Origin: Thermoplasmata archaeon | Lineage (GTDB): Archaea > Thermoplasmatota > Thermoplasmata > Lutacidiplasmatales > UBA184 | Assembly (NCBI GenBank): GCA_027365105.1 | Contig: DAHXNZ010000008.1 | Coordinates: forward strand, 129 to 64,128 | Direction: 5' to 3' | DNA length: 64,000 bases | Shown here: piece after piece, positions 19,093 through 28,448 of the stretch | Numbering within the stretch: position 1 is the stretch's first letter | Layout of the letters: each line of letters opens with the position of its first letter | Notes under the pieces: model-generated | Database searches by the model: none | The model's input: the letters and a program-made list of their open reading frames with translations, nothing else | What the model was told of the DNA's origin: nothing | Made by a program: the position numbers and the translations under genes

Positions 19093-20652
19093 GTGGCCGA
19101 CCGACAGCGGGGTCCCCTGATCGTCGGCACCGGCATTGCCGGACTCTACATCGCCATCCGGTCTCGGGAACTCGGGCTCAAGCCGCTCCTGGTCACCAAA
19201 GCCCGCCTCGAGGAGTCGAATACCCGGTATGCTCAGGGCGGAATCGCTGCGGCCATCGGCCGTGACGACTCCGTGCAGCGGCATCTCCGCGACACCGTCC
19301 GCGCGGGCGCCGGCCTCGTGAACCGGCCGGCGGCTCGAGTCCTGGCCTTCGAGGCCCCGGCCCGGATTGCCGACCTGGTCCGGCTGGGGGTCCCGTTTGA
19401 CACGATCGACGGCCAGATCCAGCTGGGCCGAGAGGCGGCCCACAGCCGGGCCCGGATCCTCCACGCGGGGGGCGATGCCACCGGCTACTCCATTGAAGAG
19501 AGCCTCCGTCATCGGGTCCTCGAGATGGGCATCGAGGTCCGCGAACGGACGATCCTCCGGGAGATCCGGCCCGGGAGGTCCGGCCTACCGGAGGCGATCG
19601 TGTCGGCGGCGGATGGGACCGCCGTCGAGACGCTGGACCCCCGGCCGCTCGTGCTGGCGACCGGGGGGGCCGGGAGCCTGTACCGGCAGAGCACCAACCC
19701 GTCGGTCACCACCGGCGATGGGGTGGCGGTGGCTTTCCGGGCGGGGGCGATCGTCTCGGACCTGGAGTTCTTCCAATTCCACCCGACGGTCTTCTTCCGG
19801 CCGGGAGCCCCCCGCTTCCTCATCACCGAAGCGCTTCGAGGCGAAGGCGCCCTCCTGCGGAACGTCAAGGGAGACCGGTTCCTTCCTTCGATCCATCCGG
19901 ACGGAGAACTGGCCCCGCGGGATGTGGTGAGCCGGGCCATCGCCGCCGAGATCGATCGGACCGGACACCCGTGCGTCTACCTCGACGCGACCGAGATTCC
20001 CCGGGATCGGTTGTACACCCGGTTTCCCTCGGTGTGCCGGTTTCTCGCCACCTTTGGCCTCGATCCGGCCCGAGACCGGATCCCGGTCGCCCCCGTCGCC
20101 CACTACATGATTGGAGGGGTCACGACCGACACCGACGGCCGGACCAGCCTCGTCGGCGTGTATGCGGGAGGCGAGGTCGCTTCGACCGGAGTGCACGGAG
20201 CGAACCGGCTCGGGAGCAACTCCCTGCTCGAGGGACTGGTCTTCGGCGAGCGGATCGCACGGGACCTGCTCCATCCATCGGCCGGGGGGACCCGCCCTCG
20301 GTTTCCCTCAACGCCGATCGCCTGGCCGCCGGGAGCGGGGGGCCCCGAGGACCCGGCCCGGATCGATGAGCTCCGCAACGACCTCTGGCGGAACGTGGGC
20401 ATCGCCCGCAGCCGGACCGGCCTCAGCTCGGCCGTCCGGGCCTTCGATCGGATCCGCGCCACGGTCGAGCCAGCGGAGGATGGGCGCCCGCCCGGCCCGG
20501 GCGCCAACGCCGCCCTCACCGCCTCGCTGATCGCCCAAGCCGCCCTGGCTCGAACCGAGAGCCGGGGTTCGCACTACCGGTCGGACTTCCCGGGACCGGA
20601 TCCGCGATGGGCTCGCCGCCTCTACTGGGTCCGCGCTGGATCCTCGGCCTGA
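19093..20652 (+). CDS. nadB: L-aspartate oxidase
   Basis: GTGIAG, AQGGIAAA, REAAHS..RILH, FQFHPT, HYMIGG, HGANRL and ESRGSH motifs. Confidence 0.93.
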   Translation: MADRQRGPLIVGTGIAGLYIAIRSRELGLKPLLVTKARLEESNTRYAQGGIAAAIGRDDSVQRHLRDTVRAGAGLVNRPAARVLAFEAPARIADLVRLGVPFDTIDGQIQLGREAAHSRARILHAGGDATGYSIEESLRHRVLEMGIEVRERTILREIRPGRSGLPEAIVSAADGTAVETLDPRPLVLATGGAGSLYRQSTNPSVTTGDGVAVAFRAGAIVSDLEFFQFHPTVFFRPGAPRFLITEALRGEGALLRNVKGDRFLPSIHPDGELAPRDVVSRAIAAEIDRTGHPCVYLDATEIPRDRLYTRFPSVCRFLATFGLDPARDRIPVAPVAHYMIGGVTTDTDGRTSLVGVYAGGEVASTGVHGANRLGSNSLLEGLVFGERIARDLLHPSAGGTRPRFPSTPIAWPPGAGGPEDPARIDELRNDLWRNVGIARSRTGLSSAVRAFDRIRATVEPAEDGRPPGPGANAALTASLIAQAALARTESRGSHYRSDFPGPDPRWARRLYWVRAGSSA

Positions 20653-21337
20653 ACTCCCCTCCGACGCCCCGGTTCGTTCCTCCCTGAGGATGGGGGGGCG
20701 GTCCGCGTCCCGTCGACCGCGGTAGTGCCCGAGATCCTGCGACCGGGTTACCCTCGAAGAGCCCGGTCGGGAACCCTCGCCGTCCTGGGTCGGCCGGCCG
20801 AACCGCACGTCGTTGGGTCCCGCGGCCGCCCGTCCACAGTGTCGAGCGCCGTCGACCGGGTGGGTCCGCGGGCTGCCCATGCCCGCCCGAGGTCCAGTGA
20901 CCGACGGGGTGCCGCTTTCGACGTCGATCGAGACGCGGCCACGGCTTCCCTTCCTGAGCTCTACGTCCGGCGGCGGGAACAAAGGCGTGGTCGACCCCCG
21001 ACCGGAGCTCCGCCGCAACGACCGCGTGGCCGCCACCACCGAGATCTGCCGCGGTCCCCGGTTGGAGATCCCCGACGGCTCACCGACCAGGAGGCCGCCC
21101 GCGGCGGATCCAGGCCGCTCCCCCCTCTTTTGGCCCTCCGATCACCTGGGCCGCCCCCGGTCGGGGGCCGGCTCCCGCGCCGCTTCGGAGGTCACCGGCC
21201 GGGCAGTCCGCGGTCGTGCCCCTGGGGGTTCGGGAGTCTCCGGCTGCCTCCCTGAGCTGAAGGGCGCAAGGCCGACCGGGGCGGAGCCTCCGAACGAACC
21301 CGGCAACGATTATCCCTCCCTGGAGCCTCCCGACGGT

Positions 21338-22492
21338 GTGTCCCACGACCTCACCCTGGAGGAACAGGATCTTGCCTCGGCCGCCCGCCGCTTCGTGCAG
21401 CGCGAGGTCGCTCCGCTGGCCGAACGGATGGATCGGGACGACTACTTCCCACGCGAACTGTTCCGGAAGATGGGGGAGGAAGGGTTCCTCGGGCCCACCG
21501 TCCCGGAGCAGTACGGCGGCTTGGGCTTGTCGTACCGGGCCCAGGCGGTCATCCTGGAGGAGATCGCTCGGGAAAGCCCGGCGCTGGCCCTGAGCGTCGG
21601 GGCCCATTCGAATCTGGCGGTGGACAACCTGGCCCGGAACGGCACCGACGATCAGCGGGCGGAGTTCCTGCCCCCCCTCGTCCGGGGAGAGAGGATTGCG
21701 GCGCTCGCCCTCACCGAGCCGAATGCCGGCTCGGACGCGGTTTCGTTGAGCACCCGGGCCGAGCGGAACGGGGATCACTATATTCTGAACGGTTCCAAGC
21801 AGTTCATCACCAACGGGCCGGTGGCGGACACCCTGCTGGTCTACGCCAAGACCCGCCCCGGCGACGGAGCCCACGGGATCAGCGTCCTGCTGATCTCCCG
21901 GGAGATGGAAGGATTCACGGTCTCCCGGAGCCTCGACAAGATGGGGATGCGCGGCTCCCCGACCGGGGAGCTCGCCTTCCGGAATGTTCGGGTCCCGCTC
22001 GACCGGAGGGTCGGCGAGGAGAACAGGGGCGTGGGCATCCTGATGGGAGGCCTCAACGTCGAGCGGGCGGTCCTCGCGGCGATTCCGGTCGGCATCCTCG
22101 GGGCCTGCCTCGATCGGTCGATCCAGTACGCGCGGGAGCGGGAGCAGTTCGGGGAGAAGATCGGCCGGTTCGAGCTGATCCAGGAGAAGATCGCGAACCT
22201 CTACATGGATCTCGAAGCTTCGCGTCGTCTGCTTTATGGGGCCCTCGAATGCGTGGCGACCGACCCCCGGCGCCTCCGGGACAGCTCGGCCGCGCTGACC
22301 TTCGCCTCCGAAGCCTCGACTCGGGGCGCGCTCCAGGCGATCCAGATCCACGGAGGCTACGGGTACATGCGGGACCTCCCGCTCGAACGGTTGGCCCGGG
22401 ACGCCAAGCTCCTCGAGATCGGCGCCGGGACGAGCGAGATCCGCCGGCTCATCATCGCCCGTGAACTGCTGGGGCCCGGTTTCGGCCGCTGA
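21338..22492 (+). CDS. acyl-CoA dehydrogenase (isovaleryl-CoA dehydrogenase-like)
   Basis: [38 protein letters not shown] and EIGAGTSEI motifs. Confidence 0.93.
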   Translation: MSHDLTLEEQDLASAARRFVQREVAPLAERMDRDDYFPRELFRKMGEEGFLGPTVPEQYGGLGLSYRAQAVILEEIARESPALALSVGAHSNLAVDNLARNGTDDQRAEFLPPLVRGERIAALALTEPNAGSDAVSLSTRAERNGDHYILNGSKQFITNGPVADTLLVYAKTRPGDGAHGISVLLISREMEGFTVSRSLDKMGMRGSPTGELAFRNVRVPLDRRVGEENRGVGILMGGLNVERAVLAAIPVGILGACLDRSIQYAREREQFGEKIGRFELIQEKIANLYMDLEASRRLLYGALECVATDPRRLRDSSAALTFASEASTRGALQAIQIHGGYGYMRDLPLERLARDAKLLEIGAGTSEIRRLIIARELLGPGFGR

Positions 22493-22588
22493 ACCCGGAC
22501 CCCCGGAGAGACCGGCGGCCGAGGGACCGGAGGACCCGAGGCACGGGACGACCCGCCCTGATTTGTACCGCGGACGGGTGGGCAGCCC

Positions 22589-23356
22589 ATGACCCAGCTC
22601 TCCCCGAGCCATCCCCGCTACCGGAGCCTCCGGGTCCGGGCGGGGCTCGCGGCGGCGCTGGGGAAGGGCCTCATCGTCCCCGAGGGGCTCATCGCGCAGG
22701 GGCGAGGCGAGACGTTCGACTACTTCCTCGGGGAACGGACGATTCCGAGTGCTCGCCGGGCCGAACGGGTCGCCGCCGCGTGGATCCGCGCGGCCCGGCA
22801 CCCCGTGCTGAGCGTCAATGGGAACGTGGCCGCCCTCGCCGCCGCCGAGATTGCCCGGCTGGTACGAGCGTACCCGCCCTTGGGGGTGGAGATCAATCTC
22901 TTCCACCGGTCTCCGGCCCGGGTCCGGGTCGTGGCCCGAACCCTCCGCTCGGCGGGGATCCGACGTCCCTACGGGCTCCGACCCACCGGTCGGATCGCCG
23001 GGCTCGACTCGGACCGGGCGAGGGTCGACCGCCGGGGGATCGGTTCGGCCGATCTCTGCCTGATCCCGCTCGAAGACGGGGACCGGGCCGAGGCCCTCCG
23101 GGGCGCCGGACGTCGGATCGTCTCGATCGATCTCAACCCGCTCTCCCGGACGAGCCGGGCCGCCCACCTGCCCATCGTCGACGAACTCACCCGGGCCCTC
23201 ACGGAGATCGCTCGGGCCCTCGAGGGTCCGGCTCGACCCTCCCCCCGAGGACCGTCCGCCCGGGCCCTCCTCTCCGACGCGCAGGCCACGATGGCCCGGA
23301 ACCTGCTCAGGGTCCCGCGACCGGTTCCTCGGGGGACGCCTCGACGGCCCCGGTGA
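22589..23356 (+). CDS. pps: 4-phosphopantoate--beta-alanine ligase (archaeal phosphopantothenate synthetase)
   Basis: HPRYRSL, GLIAQGRGETFDY, SVNGN, PLEDGDR and IDLNPLSRT motifs. Confidence 0.92.
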   Translation: MTQLSPSHPRYRSLRVRAGLAAALGKGLIVPEGLIAQGRGETFDYFLGERTIPSARRAERVAAAWIRAARHPVLSVNGNVAALAAAEIARLVRAYPPLGVEINLFHRSPARVRVVARTLRSAGIRRPYGLRPTGRIAGLDSDRARVDRRGIGSADLCLIPLEDGDRAEALRGAGRRIVSIDLNPLSRTSRAAHLPIVDELTRALTEIARALEGPARPSPRGPSARALLSDAQATMARNLLRVPRPVPRGTPRRPR

Positions 23357-23801
23357 GCCGCCGCGCGACCTCCTCGAGGAATCGTCGGTCGCTCTCGTCG
23401 AACGCCGCGATTTGCTGGCCGTCGATGTCGATCTCGCCGATCGGCTCGCCCTCCCGGCGGATCGGCACGACGATCTCCGACCGGGTATCTCGGAAGCAGG
23501 CCAGATAGCCCGGGGCGGTGGCGACGTCGTCGACGATCACCGCCCGGTTCTCCCGGACCGCCTGGCCGCAGAGGCCCTGGTCGATCGGAATCCGGACATG
23601 TTCGGTGGGGGCCGGTCCCTCCCAGGCCGCGAGCCGAAGCTCGGCCCCGACCTTGCGGTAGATGCCGACCCAGCCGTACTGCGGGAACTCCATCCGGAGG
23701 AACCGGACGACCTCCCGGAGCGCGTCGGCCCCGGTGAGCCGGCCGAGGATCGAGTCGATGTGCAGCAGGGACGGCGTCACCTGTCGGGGGTGGATCGTCA
23801 T
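23307..23801 (-). CDS. GAF-domain protein (free Met-R-sulfoxide reductase-like)
   Basis: WVGIY, GLCG, YLAC, SEIVVP and EIDID motifs. Confidence 0.85.
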   Translation of the reverse strand: MTIHPRQVTPSLLHIDSILGRLTGADALREVVRFLRMEFPQYGWVGIYRKVGAELRLAAWEGPAPTEHVRIPIDQGLCGQAVRENRAVIVDDVATAPGYLACFRDTRSEIVVPIRREGEPIGEIDIDGQQIAAFDESDRRFLEEVARRLTGAVEASPEEPVAGP

Positions 23802-23823
23802 GGCTCACCGGGGGTGGGGGCCG

Positions 23824-23941
23824 CGCCGAGGGGGAGAATTCCCGTCACGACGGGCCGTCCGTCCCTGACGTTTGAACTCCCGAGGCGTATTCCGCCACGA
23901 GCTTTCCAGACTCGCGCCGTACCGGACTGAGCCACCTCGGC
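23824..23941 (-). tRNA. tRNA-Ser(GGA) with a 33-nt intron in the T-loop (59/60; intron at 23838-23870)
   Basis: Acceptor stem GCCGAGG/CCTCGGC, anticodon arm CGAGT-CTGGAAA-GCTCG, long variable arm, T-stem GGGAG/CTCCC with an interrupted TTCAAA|T loop, discriminator G. Confidence 0.92.
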
Positions 23942-23978
23942 ACGCCCTCCGACCGCCGACGGGAAGGGGCCGATAAGC

Positions 23979-24242
23979 TTAGCGGCCGAGGGAACGGACG
24001 CCCCCGAGGGGCCGGGGGGAGAGGCCGCACCGGGGGCAGCCGACGGTACGCTCCTCCCCCGGGATCTCGAACCCGCATCCGGGACAGGCGACGCTCGCGG
24101 GGCCCAGGGGGGAGTAGCAGTCGAAGCAGGCGCCCCGCCGCCGATCATTGGGGAGGACGACCAGGTCCCGGCCGCAGAAGACACAGTGCGAGTAGCGGTC
24201 CTCGGGCACCAAAAAGAGGCGGGAGTCACCGAGAGAAAGCAT
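23979..24242 (-). CDS. small double zinc-ribbon protein (87 aa)
   Basis: CVFC, CFDC, CPGC and CPRC; TTATGTA TATA-like box about 27 nt upstream. Confidence 0.7.
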   Translation of the reverse strand: MLSLGDSRLFLVPEDRYSHCVFCGRDLVVLPNDRRRGACFDCYSPLGPASVACPGCGFEIPGEERTVGCPRCGLSPRPLGGVRSLGR

Positions 24243-24295
24243 GGAGGGCGAGAGCACCCTACCGGCCGTACATAAGCCCTCGCTCGCCGGATCCG

Positions 24296-25042
24296 CTACG
24301 GCTCCCTCCATCGGGCCTTCGCGCTCGCCAGGAGGAGGAGCGCCACGGTGAACCCCGCCAGGACGGCCCAGTCAATGACCGACGCCGCGAACGAGGGGGC
24401 GACCTGCCCGGCGGCCCCCTGGACCAGCTGGGCGGCGTAGGTCGTAGGGGAGAAGAGCGCCACCTTCTGGGCCCAGCCCGGGAGGGAAGTGATCGGGTAG
24501 TAGACGGGCGGGAGGACGCTCAGGCCGAGGGAGATGAGCGGACTGAACATGAAGGTCTCCCGGACATCCTCGAAGTAGGTCGCTAGGGTGAAGCCCAGGG
24601 TGCTCGCGAACGCCCAGACGAGGATCAGCGCGCCGACGAGGACCAGCGCATTCGACCACGACCACCAGCCCTCGTAGGCCCAGATCCCGAGAAAGACCGC
24701 CATGCCGGGGAGCGAGTAGACGAACTCGGAGAGGGCCATGCCGACCAGGTACGACGGGGCGGCCACCGGGGAGGAAACGATGACATCCTGGAACTTGAGG
24801 TCGTGGCGGTAGTGGGTCAGATCGCTCTGGAGGCCGGTCCCGACGCTCAGCATCGTCAGGATCATGCCGCCCGCGACCCCGTAGCCGAGGAGCCGCCCGC
24901 CCGACGCGATGCTGATGAAGAAGAGGAACGACAGCGGGGAGGCGAGCAGGTTGAGCAGGTAGAGGGGCTGGGCCCGGATCGGGATCAGCCCGTTGAGCCG
25001 GACGAGCGTGCCGATCGCCTGGAACTGCTGACGGAGGGTCAT
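24296..25042 (-). CDS. ABC-2 type exporter permease
   Basis: Six TM segments, PVYYPI..LP.W and SPTTY motifs; coupled to the ATPase gene. Confidence 0.88.
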   Translation of the reverse strand: MTLRQQFQAIGTLVRLNGLIPIRAQPLYLLNLLASPLSFLFFISIASGGRLLGYGVAGGMILTMLSVGTGLQSDLTHYRHDLKFQDVIVSSPVAAPSYLVGMALSEFVYSLPGMAVFLGIWAYEGWWSWSNALVLVGALILVWAFASTLGFTLATYFEDVRETFMFSPLISLGLSVLPPVYYPITSLPGWAQKVALFSPTTYAAQLVQGAAGQVAPSFAASVIDWAVLAGFTVALLLLASAKARWREP

Positions 25043-25974
25043 CCGGCGGCCGCCTCCTCCCGGTCGTCTTCGATCCGTCGACCGACGACCTCGAGGAAGA
25101 TGTCCTCGAGGTCGACCGGCCCGAACGCGACCCGCGCCCCGCGTTGCAGGGCCTCCTGGGCGAGGGCCCGGGCGCTGCCTTCGCTGGCAAAGACCAGAAA
25201 GCCGTGGTCGACCGCCCGGGCGCTGCCGAACGACCGAAGTTCCTCGATCGTAAACGAACCTTCGACGGTGACCCGGTACGGAGACTGTACGCGCCCCCGA
25301 AGGTCCTGGGGGGTGCCTTCGAGGACCAGACGTCCCCGTTCAATCAGGGCGAGCCGGCTGGACAGCGTCTCAGCCTCGTCCAGGTAATGGGTCGTGAGGA
25401 GCGTCGTGCGGCCCTCGCGCGTGGCCTTCCGGATCGCCCCCCAGACCTCCCGGCGGGCAATCGGATCGAGCCCGGTCGTCGGCTCGTCGAGGAAGATCAG
25501 ATCGGCCTCGGTGCCCAGCACCATCGCCACCATGACCCGCCGGCGCTGTCCGCCGGAGAGCCGGGAGATCGACCGGGAGGCGAGCTCGGTCAGCGAGAGC
25601 TCGGCCAGGACGTCCTGAGTCCGGGACCGGGCGAGACGACGGCTCATTCCCCGGAGGCTCAGGTTGAGGCGGATCGCCTCCTCGACGGTCAGGAAGTACA
25701 GAGGGCGGGACTCCTGAGGCACGCAGGCGATCCGCTCCCGCACCCGGCCGGTCTCGGTCATCACATCGTGACCCAGGATCTCGATCCGGCCGTCGGTCGG
25801 TTCGAGCTGGGTCGCCGCGATCCGGATGAAGGTCGTCTTGCCGGCCCCGTTGCGGCCGATGAGCCCGTAGACCCGGCCCGGCGGGACCGTGAGGGTGAGA
25901 TCGTCCAGCGCCCGGGCGCCGGCCGGGGCGTGGGGGTAGACCCGGGTGAGGTGCGTCGCCCGGATGGCGTCCAC
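25039..25974 (-). CDS. ABC exporter ATP-binding protein
   Basis: GRNGAGKT, LSGGQ and LDEPTTGLD motifs. Confidence 0.93.
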   Translation of the reverse strand: MDAIRATHLTRVYPHAPAGARALDDLTLTVPPGRVYGLIGRNGAGKTTFIRIAATQLEPTDGRIEILGHDVMTETGRVRERIACVPQESRPLYFLTVEEAIRLNLSLRGMSRRLARSRTQDVLAELSLTELASRSISRLSGGQRRRVMVAMVLGTEADLIFLDEPTTGLDPIARREVWGAIRKATREGRTTLLTTHYLDEAETLSSRLALIERGRLVLEGTPQDLRGRVQSPYRVTVEGSFTIEELRSFGSARAVDHGFLVFASEGSARALAQEALQRGARVAFGPVDLEDIFLEVVGRRIEDDREEAAAG

Positions 25975-26010
25975 CGAACCCTCCTGCCCGACCGACCCGA
26001 TCCGACCCGA

Positions 26011-27078
26011 TCAGCTCAGGACCTCGGAGAGGCGGCCCGCATCGCGGGCCCGGTGGATCTCCTGGGAGATCCTTCGGCCCATCGAGAGCCCCGGCTCGCG
26101 GAGGTCCGAGTACGGGCTCCCCGAGATGAACAGGCTCGTACCTGCCACGATCCGGGTCGAGATCTCGAAGACCTTGAACTGGAGCTCCTCCGTCATGATC
26201 CCCTCGACGCAGAACGGACCCACCATGCCGCCAAAGAGCTCGATCGAGCGCTCAATGATGCGGGCCCCGATGTCGAAGATCTGCGGGAGCAACGACTCCC
26301 GGAGGATCACCGGGACGTTGCCGGTCACCACGAAGGTGGGCTCGAGTCCGGCCCGGTGCAGTTCCTCCTGGGCCCCGAGCTTGTACAGTTCGTCGATGTT
26401 CGCCTCGTCCCTTCGATCCATCCCGAGCAGTTCGAGCGAGCCGGAGCCGACCCGATACCCGTCCTTCGACAGCGGGGAGTAGAAGAAATGGACATAATAC
26501 CGGGTCCCGAGGACATACTCCTGGATGACGTGAGGGCCGGTCGGATGGAACCGCTCCAGCGCGGCGCGGTTCTTCGCCAGGTAGAATCCCTTTCCGCCCT
26601 TCGCTCCGTAATACTTGACGATCACCGGCCCATCGACTTCGTCCGGGGTTTCGTACCGCTTCGGCATCCGCACGCCGGCCGACTCGAGCCAGGTCCGCTC
26701 CTTGCGCCGATCCGACTCCCACTCGATGACCGCCCGGTTCCCGAAGACCGGCACGTCGAGTCGGGTGAACGCTTCCGGCCCGAGATACTCCACGAAGGAG
26801 CCGTGAGGAACGAGGATGACCCCTTCTTGGCGGAGCTGGTCCGAGTACTCCGGGAGGGCCTTGATGACCGGAACCTCCAGGAACCGGTCGGGCCGGGCCA
26901 ACGGGAAGGCTTCGTAGAACCGGGGCGCGGGGGCCGTCGTGATCCCCAAGGTCCGGAACCCTTCCCGTCGGGCCCCATGAAAGATCTGCAGGGAGGAGTG
27001 GGAGCAGAGGGTCGCAACGGTCGGCGCCTGATCTTCGAGATGGGTGATACGGCTGGGCGGTGCGAGAGAGGTCCCCAT
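26011..27078 (-). CDS. purP: FAICAR synthetase (formate-dependent) PurP
   Basis: SHSSLQIFHGAR.EGF, PHGSF, GAKGGKGF, RESLL and FEISTRIVAGT motifs. Confidence 0.95.
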   Translation of the reverse strand: MGTSLAPPSRITHLEDQAPTVATLCSHSSLQIFHGARREGFRTLGITTAPAPRFYEAFPLARPDRFLEVPVIKALPEYSDQLRQEGVILVPHGSFVEYLGPEAFTRLDVPVFGNRAVIEWESDRRKERTWLESAGVRMPKRYETPDEVDGPVIVKYYGAKGGKGFYLAKNRAALERFHPTGPHVIQEYVLGTRYYVHFFYSPLSKDGYRVGSGSLELLGMDRRDEANIDELYKLGAQEELHRAGLEPTFVVTGNVPVILRESLLPQIFDIGARIIERSIELFGGMVGPFCVEGIMTEELQFKVFEISTRIVAGTSLFISGSPYSDLREPGLSMGRRISQEIHRARDAGRLSEVLS

Positions 27079-27095
27079 AGGAACCTACACCGAGG

Positions 27096-27111
27096 TTCAA
27101 AAATAAACTTT
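27096..27111 (-). promoter_or_regulatory. BRE/TATA (AAAGTTTATTTTTGAA) for purP
   Basis: About 25 nt upstream of the purP ATG. Confidence 0.6.
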
Positions 27112-27217
27112 GCCCTCACGGTCCCGGCGGCCGGGCGAAGGACGGCGGCCCTCCGCCGCCGCGGGCTCCGTTCCCCCCCGGGGCGGGACGCGGTACGGAG
27201 GCACGGCCGGGGCCGGC

Positions 27218-28399
27218 CTACTCAAGTTCCCAGTACCACCGGACCTTGCGCGATCCGCTCTCCGCGATCCTCCGACGGACTTCGGCCTCGACGGTGGGGT
27301 CGCGGAGGAGTCGCCGGATCTCCTCCGAGGAACCCGACGGGGCTCGGCGGGAAAGGTCGAACGCCTCGAGGATCGGGCGCACCAGTTCGGGGGGATAGCT
27401 CCAGGCCTCCTCCCGCTTGCGGACCGCCGCCACCCGGTGGCCCTCCACGCGGTGTACCCCCAGCCGTTCCGCGGCCTGGTGGAGCTCCTGGGCCGTGCGC
27501 GAGAGCTCCTCGGAAAGCCGCTCCTCTTCCGCGCGCAGCGACGCGAACCGGTCCACCAGCCCTTCCAGCCGAGGCCGGTCGGCGGTCGGTACCGCCCGGA
27601 ACTCGGGGCACCGGCTTCGGAAGTCGCATCGGGAGCAGTGCCGCCCGGGGGTCGGTTCAAAGGCATCGCCCCGAATGCCGTCGCTGACCTCCCCGACCCG
27701 GATCGACAGCTCGTCGAGCGCCGACCGGGGCCGGGGCGGGGTCGTGAGCGGAGTCAACGAGCGCAGATGGAAGAGCGAAAGGGCCTCCACAGGGTCGGAG
27801 AAATTCTTCTCGACCAGGACCTGGTACAGGCTGAGCTGGTCGGAGGTCGAGGCGTCCCGGGCCGTCAGGTCCCGGGTCGTCTTGTAGTCCAGGACCACCA
27901 GACCCCCCCCTTCGGTCCGGTCGATGCGGTCGATGAAGCCGTGGATCGGGACCCCGTCCCATCGGGCCGTCAGGTGTTCTTCGATGGCGATCGGGCGAGG
28001 GGGATCCCGTTCGAGGGTCTCTCGATACCCGAGAAGGATCTCCCGGCCGAGCGCCCGGTAGCGGGCTTCCTCCTCCTTACTGGTGTACCCGTCCGCGGTC
28101 CAGTGCCGGTCGTATGCCGCAAGCAGTTCCGCTTCGCCCCACGGGGACCGGGGAGGATCGACGGAGCCCCGGGGGAACTCGTCGAGGGTCCGCTGGTGGG
28201 CGCCGTCGGACGAGCGTCGGCCGGCGGGGACGACGAACGGTTGGAGCAGCTCTTCCAGGACCGAGTGGACCGTACGACCGAAGCTGAAGTAGCCTCGAGG
28301 CGCCTCGGGGAGCCGATCGACGTACAGGAACTTCCAGCGGAGCGGACACTCCTCGTACGCCCGGATGGAGGAGTAGCTCAGCTGGGCGATGGCCACCAT
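27218..28399 (-). CDS. RecB/Cas4-like PD-(D/E)XK nuclease with Fe-S cysteines
   Basis: LSYSSI..YEECP, GRTVH, GFIDRID, DYKT, QLSLY and CSRCDFRSRC motifs. Confidence 0.88.
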   Translation of the reverse strand: MVAIAQLSYSSIRAYEECPLRWKFLYVDRLPEAPRGYFSFGRTVHSVLEELLQPFVVPAGRRSSDGAHQRTLDEFPRGSVDPPRSPWGEAELLAAYDRHWTADGYTSKEEEARYRALGREILLGYRETLERDPPRPIAIEEHLTARWDGVPIHGFIDRIDRTEGGGLVVLDYKTTRDLTARDASTSDQLSLYQVLVEKNFSDPVEALSLFHLRSLTPLTTPPRPRSALDELSIRVGEVSDGIRGDAFEPTPGRHCSRCDFRSRCPEFRAVPTADRPRLEGLVDRFASLRAEEERLSEELSRTAQELHQAAERLGVHRVEGHRVAAVRKREEAWSYPPELVRPILEAFDLSRRAPSGSSEEIRRLLRDPTVEAEVRRRIAESGSRKVRWYWELE

Positions 28400-28448
28400 G
28401 GAGGCGCATCGCCTCCATGGTTCATGTGGTTTCCGGCCCGGGACGGAC

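Noticed and set aside
15097..19512. 1471-aa minus-strand ORF and other long alternative-frame ORFs (e.g. 25144-27687, 56318-59032, 1481-3424)
   Set aside because: Antisense or frame shadows of well-supported genes in high-GC DNA; Arg/Gly/Pro-rich or antisense-like composition with no motifs
23824..23941. Integrated element at the tRNA-Ser or tRNA-Leu gene
   Set aside because: No duplicated tRNA 3' end or integrase was seen; the inserts fold as BHB introns
17670..28399. CRISPR-Cas locus suggested by two Cas4-like genes
   Set aside because: No repeat-spacer array and no cas1/cas2 or effector genes; the two genes are 8 kb apart among housekeeping genes
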